This document shows, in pieces, positions 1 through 10,500 of a DNA stretch of 64,000 bases. Under the pieces are notes generated by a model. The model did not search any database. It saw only the letters and a list, made by a program, of their open reading frames with translations, and was not told where the DNA came from. Every line of letters begins with the position of its first letter. Within the stretch, counting starts at the first letter, position 1. The stretch comes from Cytophagaceae bacterium (lineage in GTDB: Bacteria > Bacteroidota > Bacteroidia > Cytophagales > Flexibacteraceae), in contig JAIXYP010000028.1 of NCBI GenBank assembly GCA_027490155.1, forward strand, positions 8,132 through 72,131. Direction: 5' to 3'. The translations under genes and the position numbers were made by a program.

Positions 1-669
1 ATCGTGACCAAGTATGCCATCAAAAAGATCACCTTTAAGCTAAAGGGCAAGAGCACCTTGGCCGGCGTGGACATCTGGTATGACCCTAGTATTGGAAAGC
101 TCAACAGCGACAAAAGGGGCAAGAACCTTGGCCAATTTGACGCCAATGACCACATCTTGGTCCTATACAAATCTGGTCAGTACGAGCTAACTAGCTTTGA
201 CTTAACCAACCGATACGACCCCGAACAAATCATCCTGCTCGAGAGGTATCAAAAGGGTGATTGCATTTCGGCCGTCTATTACGAAGGTGGCCTCAAGGCT
301 TGGTACCTCAAACGCTTCATCATCGAGACGACAACTGTTGACAAAAAATTTGACCTCTTGCCGGACTCCAAGGGTACATACTTGCTTGCAGCTGCCCAAG
401 GACTCGAAATTCAACTAGAGGTAACCTGCCAGAAGGACAAAAAGGCCCCTATTGAATCCAATTTACTAGACCCCGATCTCATTGCCGACATTAAAGGAGT
501 CAAGGCCCTAGGCAGCAAACTAAGCTATGTCGGGATCACTTCCGCCAAGTTCATAATCCCACAACAAGAACCCGAAGAGGCAACTACGCCTAAGGAGCAA
601 GTTGCTGAAACAGAACTACTGCCAGAGACACCATCGGATACCAAAGGACAAATCGGCCTCGGATTCTAA
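1..669 (+). CDS. 5'-truncated ORF entering from upstream of the window (no in-window start). Beta-rich C-terminal region, possibly the C-terminal domain of a type IIA topoisomerase A subunit.
   Basis: Open frame from nt 1 to the stop at 669. Weak resemblance to GyrA/ParC C-terminal repeat blades. The identity is uncertain. Confidence 0.3.
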   Translation: MVTKYAIKKITFKLKGKSTLAGVDIWYDPSIGKLNSDKRGKNLGQFDANDHILVLYKSGQYELTSFDLTNRYDPEQIILLERYQKGDCISAVYYEGGLKAWYLKRFIIETTTVDKKFDLLPDSKGTYLLAAAQGLEIQLEVTCQKDKKAPIESNLLDPDLIADIKGVKALGSKLSYVGITSAKFIIPQQEPEEATTPKEQVAETELLPETPSDTKGQIGLGF

Positions 670-706
670 ACACCTGACTAGCATATACTCAAACCTGACA
701 CCAGCC

Positions 707-1396
707 ATGGCCCGTCGCCAACATTATACCACAACTGCCCCCTTAATAGGAACCTCGTTCCCTTCAGCAAACAGCCGCAATGTTACAGGCTGGAGATCTT
801 GGCCAGTGTCTTTTGTTGCCCTTTGCTTTGCTGGCTTGGTTAATAGTTGCACGCCACCCGCACCAGAAGGGATCAACAAACTCAAAGAGGAAATGCACGA
901 CCGCAAGCTTAAACGAGTCACCGCAGGTGCTGTCCAGGAGAATGCCCAAAATTTCGGCACGACCTTAGCAGATACCATTGATAACAAATTCACGGCTGAG
1001 GCGGCCAAACTAGCGACTAATGAGTCCTGCCCAGACCTGTTTGACCGAATTGCAACCAAACAGGCCAAGAACCTTCAGGCCAAGGTCCTGAGGTTGCCAT
1101 TTGGGAAGACTGACACTACCCTGTTAGACTCAAAACTCAAAGACCTTTATCTAGCCTACCAATATAGCTATCAGCAAGGCCAGCTTCTAGAATCCAATGT
1201 CCAGAAGCTTAGCGACACCGCCTTTTGGGTCAGCAAAGCCATCAGTATTAAGGCCCAAACTTGCCTAAGGTGTCATAGCTCTGGGCCTGATGCCAAACCA
1301 CTCAAACTTGGCAGCACAATCGGGATCTACGCCATTCGGCTCACACGCCAGCAGGTAATAAGGCATATTGACATCAAGTCGCTAAAGCCTAAATAA
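707..1396 (+). CDS. Putative lipoprotein with a single C-terminal CXXCH (c-type heme) motif. Possibly a Tll0287-like/DUF3365-type heme protein.
   Basis: Hydrophobic segment ending in a lipobox-like VNSC, and a CLRCH motif near the C-terminus. First in-frame ATG after the upstream stop is at 707 (ORF track began at 602, overlapping the previous gene). Confidence 0.5.
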   Translation: MARRQHYTTTAPLIGTSFPSANSRNVTGWRSWPVSFVALCFAGLVNSCTPPAPEGINKLKEEMHDRKLKRVTAGAVQENAQNFGTTLADTIDNKFTAEAAKLATNESCPDLFDRIATKQAKNLQAKVLRLPFGKTDTTLLDSKLKDLYLAYQYSYQQGQLLESNVQKLSDTAFWVSKAISIKAQTCLRCHSSGPDAKPLKLGSTIGIYAIRLTRQQVIRHIDIKSLKPK

Positions 1397-1480
1397 GCAA
1401 ATCAACTCCCATCAGGCAAACCAAACAGAAGGCTGCCTTCAGGATTTGGATTGATCTACAATCAGTACAGCAACAAAAAA

Positions 1481-1510
1481 GCCCACCTTAATCCAGATGG
1501 GCTTTTTTGC
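1481..1510. terminator. Bidirectional rho-independent terminator between convergent genes
   Basis: Hairpin GCCCA-CCTTAATCCAGA-TGGGC flanked by an A-run upstream and a T-run downstream. Confidence 0.55.
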
Positions 1511-1535
1511 AGGGTATTAGTGGGTTATTTCAAAT

Positions 1536-4500
1536 TTATTCCTTGACAACTTTGGTCATCTGGCTGCCTTTGCCGTCAGTTAGTTTGAAGATGTACATTC
1601 CACTGGGCAGGACACTCAGCATACCATTGATATGCCTTTCAGCATCAGCAGGGGTCACAAATCCACCCCAAACCATTTTACCATCCGCGCCAATCAACAT
1701 AGCGGAAACAGCCTGACGGACATCCCAACCAGATACGTTAAGCTTAAATTCTCCCTTGACAGGGTTAGGATAAACTGACAGGCGACGCTCACCATTTGTC
1801 GCTTCAACGAAGATCACGTTGCTGAGTTCGGCCGAGTTGTCGTTATCCACAGACCGGAGACGGTAATAAACACCACCAGCTTGGCCAGCATCTAGGTAGG
1901 CATAGCGGCGTATGACGGAGCTATTGCCAATCGCTTTGGTTGAACCAATTGTCACGAACTCTTGACCATTGATACTACGCTGGATCTCAAATCGGTTGGC
2001 ATTGCGCTCCGATGCAGTGGTCCATTGCAATTGTACGCCAGAAGTGGTAGTGGCACCACTAAACTGGGCCAGGCTGACAGGCAGTGGTGCAGCCTCATAA
2101 CCTGGAGTAAAGTCGCTAAAGTGACGGGCAACAACATAGAGTTTGCGCAGGTCACTACCAGCATCAGCATTCATGTAAACATCACCATTACGCAGGCGAG
2201 TCCATGGTGAAGAAGCATCTGGGCGTGTATAAATCGCCATACGACCAACAGCACAAGAACCACATCCGCCAACGTTGTCATTGTCTCCAAACCAAGTGAG
2301 TTCAAGCTCAACCCCTGCTGTAGGTTGGGTGGTTACGTTGGTCACTTCCCAGCGGGTCCGCGCGCTAGAGTTACCACTTAAACCTGGGCTATTACCAGGA
2401 GAAATGGCCTCTACAACACCCGCAATTCGGAAGACCGTCAGGCTAGAACCGAGACTCTGGGTATAGTTGCGCATTTTGACACCCATGCCTCCAAAGTCAA
2501 TAGTGCTTGTGGGCAGGCTAACATCCCTAACCGACTCCAATCGACCGCGAACATACCTTGCATTTGTCTCGTTGGTGACAACACCTGTGGTACCGAGTGA
2601 AAACTTGCTTGCACCAGTGTTCAGGAAACCATCTGCTGTAAAGTTAATCGCACCACTGACATTGATGTCTTGATCACTAAAGGAAACATTTCCAACACGG
2701 CTCTGTGTAATATTCTTCACCGATGAAGGATTAGAATCAAAGCTACCAGCTGGGAAAGCCATGCTTGAGCCATTTGTACCAAACACCAACTCAGTGCCAC
2801 TGGCGCCACCATTCGTGACCAACGTGCCAGATGACCTAGCAATGCTAGTGCCATTAAAGGTTAGTACCCTTGATGACACATTCAGCTTACCAGCTGTTAA
2901 GGTAAGGACACCATTGATCGTGAGGTTTCTGTCAGCAACAATGCTCGATAATGGTGAACCAGTATGGTTTATCGTCAAATTATGTAGATCAGTCGTGTTG
3001 CTGGCTGGCAGCATTTCGTTCCCTAAAGTGACAGTTGCACTTGCGGTCGGGTTGTAGGTGTAGTTATAGATCACACCTGGTACAAACACTGGGGCGCTAC
3101 TGATCGTACCTACCGCCCTAGAAATGTCAATCACATCACCAGCAGTGACTCCAAGATTGAGATTAAAGCCACCAGTGGCTAGGGTTCCCGCTCCAAGGCC
3201 TAGGCTATTTCGAACCGTAGTGTTACCCAACAAGGTTGCAGTACCAGTTCCTGATTTAACCACGTTTAGGTACGAAAGACCAGGAAGTGATTGAGCCCCT
3301 GAGCTAGCCAAGGTAACGGTATTGTCAGCTACTGAAAGCGTACCAGTCCAGGTTGTTGTGCCACCAATATAAAGATCCCGATTACCCATATTCAGAGTAC
3401 CAGCTGTCAGGATCAAGTTGCCATTGACTGTTAGTGCACCAGTGTTGGTATAGGTATTGGTTGGGCTACCGCTGTGGTTGATAGTTAGGTGATTGAAGGT
3501 ACTGACAGGTAAAGTCCTAGCTCCAGTAGTTGTTGCGTTAAATGTAACTGTGTTACCAGTTGCAGTGGCAACGAAGTTTCCACCTGGCAGCGTCCATTCG
3601 CTGTCTTGGAGGTTGAAATTGACCTTGCCATTGGTGCCTTGAGTCCAGCTGCCTGAACCACCAAAACCATCAGAAATCAATGCATTATCCGTACCAATAT
3701 TTAGGTTATCTCCGGTTGCAGTGTTAGTGTAGCTGCCAGTTAGATTAACCTTTGCCCAATTGACAACTGACTGACCAGCACCAGAGATTGTCCTGTTAGA
3801 CCCATCAAGATTAATAGTAGTGAGTGCCATAAAGCCACCATTGGTAGCCGTCGTGCTAAAGCTGCAGATACCAGAGACGGTAACATTACCTGCCACGTTG
3901 ATTGTATGATTACGGTTGCTTCCTGAAGGAGAAGCGGTGGCAAATCCACCCGAAGCATTGCTGCCACTTAAAAGCAGGTCTTGGGTATTGATAGTTAGGT
4001 CCGCGGTGGTGCTACCTAGTGTAAAATTCCCTGATCCACCCAAGACAGTGAATGTATTAGTTACGTTAAATGATTTGTTTAGCCCATACGTTCCAGGGGC
4101 TCCACTGTTAAGTGTCAAATCATAAAACACAACTCCACCTGTACCAGTGCCACCCAGATTCTGTCCGCCACCACTAACAGAAGCAGTAACCTGACCTGCT
4201 GTCTGATTGAATACAAGTGCTGGGCTTCCGAGGCCGGAGCCATTAAAAGTCATGCTACTAGTTTGATTCTCGAGGTTCTGGTCACAGTTAACTCGTGTGC
4301 CTGCGTTGATCGTAATCCCAGTAAACCTAATGACACCAGTTCCAGATCCGGTAATGGACTGCGTTGTACCACCATTAAAAGTAAATCTGGATGAATTGTC
4401 CCAGCTATACCCTCCTACGCCGTTGCTACTGTTGGTAATATTGCCGTTGAAGGTAAATCCTAAAGTCGATTGCACCCTAGTGCCAAAAGCGACTGTAGTA

Positions 4501-7500
4501 TTAGTCATAATATTGGTACCAGTGCCAGACCCTGTGACAGATTGACTTCCGACGCCATTAAATGTAACTGTAGCAGAAGAGGTAAACGAATTACCAGACC
4601 TTCCGTTGCTGCTATTGTTCCAGGTGCCAGAAATACTAAAGCTTTGGGAAGCCACCACCCTACTCGGTGTGCTGCTAATGACGATGCTAGCTAGCTGGAT
4701 GCCACCTATCCCACTTCCGTTGATGTTCTGATCAGAAGCACCATTAAAAGTTAAGGTTCCGGCTGTAGCGTTAAAAGCAAGAGCAGGGCTACCAATACCA
4801 GCACTATTATTGGTCAGATTGCCTGCTAACGTAAAGTTGGTAGTAGTATTGATCCTGGCTGCAGTACCGATAGCCATGTTGTTAAAGGCAATAGTTCCTG
4901 TGCCTGCCCCCCCCATAGTTTGCGCACTTGTTCCGTTAAAGGTAATCGTACCAACAGTTGCGCTAAATGCAAATGACGAAATCCCGTCGCTGTTATTGGT
5001 AAAATCGCCTAGGATGCTAAACGATGATGATACGTTAATGCGGCTAGGTGTGTTGCTGATCGTTAAGTTGTTAAACGTAACTGTGCCCGAACCAGCACCA
5101 GCGATGGTCTGGATGCTAGCTCCGCTAAAGAAGGTAGTACCGCCAGACTGAACAAACGAAATGCCTGATTGGCCAATGCTGCTGTTAGTAAAGTCGCCTA
5201 GAATCTCAATGTTGCTACTAGCTGTGACACTAGCGTTTGGCAAGACGATAAAATCATCAAAAACCAGCGTACCTGTGCCACTGCCACCTACAACCTGAGG
5301 AGTTGCGCCATTAAATTCAAACTCAACATTATTGACCGACATCGAGATACCACCTTGGCCGGTAGAGTTGTTGTTGAGATTATTTCGTAAACGCAGACCC
5401 TTGCTAGTCGTAAGCTTCGCAGCACCGTTGATGTCGAGGTTATAGAAATTAATTGTACCTGTACCTAAGCCCGAAATAGTGCTGGCAGTACCCAAGAAAC
5501 CAATAGAGCCACCAGAGGCATCTAATGCAGTAGCCAAGGTGCTGTTATTGGTAAAGTTGGTCGTTATCAACATGTTGGCCGTCGAGGCCAATGTTGTTGT
5601 GCCAGACAAAACGAGTTCGTTGACGGTCCAGGTGCCAGTGCCTACGCCGCCAAATGTCTGGGTGGTGCCACCGTTAATTGTTAATGTGCCAGATGTTTGG
5701 TTGAAGCTAACACCAGACACCCCTGAGCTGCTATTCGTAATGTCACCAGTCACTTCAAGGCTGTAGCCAGTAGTCAACCTAGAGGTTCCATTGATGGTTA
5801 GCCCACTAAGCTGAAGCCTACCAGTGCCGCCACCATTAATGGCTTGACTGGTATTGCCAAGAAACGTAATCGTCCCTGCTGAGCATTCTAGGGCGGTAGT
5901 TGCGTTCGAGCTATTGACCAAATTTCCCCTTAGGCCAAAGCTGATGCTATTCATCAAATTGGTACCTGCAGTTAGCTCTATATTGTTAAAAATACAGCTA
6001 GTCGGCGCACCATTCATGGTTTGAGCAGCACCAGTATTAAATAAGGTAGTACCCGCCGTTTGGTTAACAGTTCCGTCGACTGTAACGGTTCCCTTAAGGG
6101 TTAGATCTGCAACTGCACCCATTACCCCACCGCTACTGACAATAAGTTGGCCATTGACCAAAATACTTGATCCGACGTTTTTGGTACCAGTACCTGAGAA
6201 AGTTAACCTATTATAGGTCGCTTGGTTAGGGATGGTATAGCTGCCTGTGCCGGTATACTCAACTGTGCCACCTGATCCCCCAACAAACGTAGAGAAGCTA
6301 CCTCCAGGGAATGTGGGCGTAGTACTGGTGCTATTGCTAAATCGTAGAATACCAGATCCAGTAACAGAGCCTAACGAATTAATACCAGACGGTACATCAT
6401 CGAATTGCAAAATGCCCGTTGGTTGCAATTGCAAACTCGAAGCAGTAATGGCATAGCCACCCACAGTTATCGTTTTGCCATCCCCAATCTGAACTAAGTC
6501 GCTGCTTGTTGGTACACTTGCCGCCGCAGGTCCGCCAAACCCTGATTGGCTCCAGCTGGCAGGGGTGTTCCAATCGCCACCAAGGCTATAGAATACTGAT
6601 ACGGAAGCAAAGGCTGTACTTTCGCCAGCAGTCCACTCACCATTTAGAGCGGTTATTCCAGTGGCAGTGATAACGCGGCTGCTGATTGAGGCTCCATCAT
6701 TGTTCCAAATGCCTCCGTTGAAGCGACGAGCTACATAGCTACCTTCGGTTCCGACAACATCTCCTACAAGATAGGTGAAGCTAGCATTGGTATTACTAAT
6801 CGTAAGTCCTGCAACTGCCACAGACCAATACCTATCCATTGCCACTGATGGGTCGGCAACGTTAGGGCTATTGGTATTGAAAAGTTGTACCGCGATCGAT
6901 CCTGATCCTGTCGCTGTTAGGTTTGATACCGATGCGGGAGAATAGCCACTTCCTGTCCCGATTGGCCAAACAAAGCTAGCTGCCGCTGGGCTTGCAAATT
7001 CTTTGATTACACTACCAGTTCCCCCAAGGTCAATCATCTGGGTCCCACTTGGGCTTGAAACAGTGGCAGAACCCGAGGCGCCAATCGTGAGGTCATTCCC
7101 ATTCAAAATCAGTTTGCCACCTGTGATGGAGAAGGTACCGTTGACAAGCAAGTCATTACTGGCTGTGGCATTGCCACTCGTCTGGGCGATGGTGAGGTTA
7201 TTATAGCCAACAGTCGGAATTGGAACTACTGCTTGAGTTGCTCCGGCGTAACTGATGGTACTACCCGTCATTACATATCCGCCACCGCCAAAGCTGGCCG
7301 TAAGCGTTAGTGAACCTGCAACAGACACCGATCCGCTATTAGCAAAGGTAACATTGTTGACACCACGGCTGCCGCTAACAACTAGGTTGTTGTACAGGAA
7401 TGCAATCACTGTTTGCGCACTAGTGCCGTTGTAGTCGAGGGTGCTGGCTGTGGTCGTATAAGTCCCAGAGCCAGGGGCAAAGGCAACTGCTACCCCAATG

Positions 7501-10500
7501 ACACCTGTCAAGGTGCGGTTGTTGTTGCTGGAGGTAAGTGTCTGGTAGTTGAACTCAGGAATATTCTGTCCATTGGCACCGCTAAAGTTGATAACGTTGG
7601 CAGGGTCAACGAGGTAAGCTCCAGAACTAAAAGTGGTGGATGCAGTAAATGCTCCGTTGATGTCAATCGTACCAGCCGGGATTGTAACATTACTAGCACC
7701 ACGTACCCCACTGATAGATAGATTTCCGTAGTTCTGGATTCCGACCGTTTGGGTGGTGCCATTGTAGTCAACAGTGCTAGACGGAGTAGCCAGACTAACT
7801 GAAGTGTAGTTTGATGGGAAGGTATTGGTCCCACCAATGATGAGGCTGGTATTAGCCGCCAACGTTAGGCTACCACCACTGGTTTGTCGGTTGGCAGTGA
7901 AAGCCGTAAGGTTAGCGGTACCTGTGCTGATGAGCAAATTGCCACCAACATTGGCACTAGAGGCCAATGTAACTGTGTTGCTGCTACCAGGATCGATCGT
8001 GAGGTTATTGAGTTTGTTGGCCTGGGCACCAGCAGGCAGCTCAGCACCTGTCGTTAAGTTGCCACCATAAAATAGATTGATGGTCGCCGGGTAAGTTGGC
8101 GCCTGACTGACGGTGCCAGTGCTATACCGATAGACAGTACTACCGGAAGTTGCCATTGGCAAACCCGAACCAGTGATATTTAGTGCAGAGGCCGCACCAG
8201 AGTTCAAGATTAGGTTGCCAGAAATACTACGGCTGCCAATTGCTGCTAGGGTTACACCCGTCGCATTTGCCCCACCTGACTCTGGCCCGATGGTCAGATG
8301 GCGGACATTTACTGCGTTAACCCATTCGGCGCCTGCAGCAACAGTGCTAGCACCATTATAAACGAGGTCATAAAAATTAGAGCCAGTAGGATACACGATC
8401 GAACCACCACCGCTGAGACTGCCCCCTGCATTACGAATAACTTTAGAACTATTGCCGATTGCAAGGGCGGTTGTACCAGAAGGCACGAATGCAGCCTCAA
8501 GCGTCAAGGTACCAGCAATGGTGAGGGTCCTGGAGCTACCACCAGAAATAGTAACACCATTTGTGCCCGCTATCCTTAGGTTATAGAAGGTCTCATTGCC
8601 TGAAACAGAAATCGTATTAGGAACAGTAGTAGCCGTCTTGAAATAGACTGTACCAGAAGCTGTATTGGTCCAACTCCCTCCACTTGATCTAGCAAAGATC
8701 ATCTCCATTGAGTTGGTTCCGTTGCTATTGAAAATTAAGGTCTTACCATTGATGTCAAAAAAACTAGTCGCATCAATACCAAATGCACGCTGGTCAAACA
8801 CAGAAGATCCACCACCACCAGCTTTGTTAATTGTCAGATCCTGCAAAAGCTGGACTGTAGCACCATTAACAGAAGAAAGTTGATTGAGCTCAATAACAGC
8901 CCCACCCGACGTACCAATGGTATGGGTACCTGCCCCTGTGAACATAAAGCGGTCAGAGTTATTGCCTGATCCTGCTTTGTTGCCAGCTGGCGTGGTAAAG
9001 TCAGCTGTGGCATTATTGATGAAATTACCAGTAATTGTGTTGTTTGCGTAATAATTCCAGATCACATCTCCTGTCGTTGAGCCATCCACATAAAAGTTGC
9101 GCCAAGTATTCCCAGTTGAAGCAGATGCCCCTGTCACGGTTTGGCCACCTAGTGGTGCCCTGAAATAGATGTCGATGCCATGGCTAGCGCCAGCACCAGC
9201 ACCAGTTCCAGTAACTGTTGGAAACAATGCACCAGCATTAAGATCTACTGCAGCACCTTCAAAAATCACATTATGAAACAAGTTGCCAGCTGTAGTAAAC
9301 GTAGCACAGGAAAAGTCTTGAGAGCCACCACGATTAAATGTCCCTTTGAAAGTGAGGGTACGTGGGGTGTTGGTGGCGTTCTTGACAAATGAGAACGCAA
9401 AGTTAGAAGACCCGTTACCGGTAAAAGTACCATTAACGGTAACATCGCAGTTAATGGTATATGCAGGAGAACCACCTATACGTGTACCCGTAAGGTTGTT
9501 AAACGTGATCAGGCTATTGCCACTTATTGCTCCTCCCCCACCACTAACGGTGAAGGTGATAGTGCCAGTGCTAAAGGTCAAGCCACCACTTGTGGCATTC
9601 GTTAAATTAGTACTGATACTTGCACTGCCTGACCAGGATATTGGGCCTGTGGTGTTGGTGATGTTTATTGTAGTTAGGGCTGGTGTACCAGCACCATAGC
9701 TAATGGATTGGACGCCGGAGCCATTAAGGGTTATGGTTGGTGAACTGGAAACACTAAAAGTACCCACCACACTCAGGTTTCCCCCTAGGGTGATATTACC
9801 ACCTACCCTAGTCAAGTTCGTACCGAAGGTTGCATTGCCGCCAACGGTTAGCGTACCCGAACCTTGGTTATTCATCGTGCCAGTGACGGACATTGGGCCT
9901 GTGATATTGAAGCTGCCCGTTGTTGTGGTTGTCAGGGTACCTGTAACAGATAAGCCACCAGTAACTGTTAGGGTACCTGAAGTGCCAGAATAGTTACCTC
10001 CGATGGTCAAGTTATTGCTGCCATTGACATTAATGGAACTACTACTCGCCGTCACGTTACCTGTTATATTGACAGCACCACCAAATGTTGTAGTACCTCC
10101 TGCAAGGGTCATCGTACCTCCAAGGGTGGTTGTGCCGGTTACGTTCAAGGTAACGTTGGACATCGTTAAGTTGCTTGTCAAGTTTACATTGCCAGCAACC
10201 GAAACAGCGATACTACTATTCAAGGATCCAGCCCCAGTTAGGTTTCCACTTACATTAACGGCGTTGTTATCCGGAGTCCAAGTAGCGTTGGCATTAACAA
10301 CCACATTTCTGAATCCGCCACTGCTAGGGTTACGCAAACTTACATTCCTTGCAGACCCATCAGCCGATAAGGTTACATCCATATTGACCGGGCTAGCTGG
10401 CATACCATTAAAGGTCAGATTACCCCCTATGGCAGTGAGGTTTAGAGCAGTACCTGAAGCAAATGCCATATTATTGGCTCCAAATGTCCCAGTTCCTTCT

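Noticed and set aside
602-706. Extended N-terminus (602-706) of the CXXCH lipoprotein ORF
   Set aside because: It overlaps the upstream gene's 3' end in another frame. The first in-frame ATG after that gene's stop is at 707. The exact start remains uncertain.
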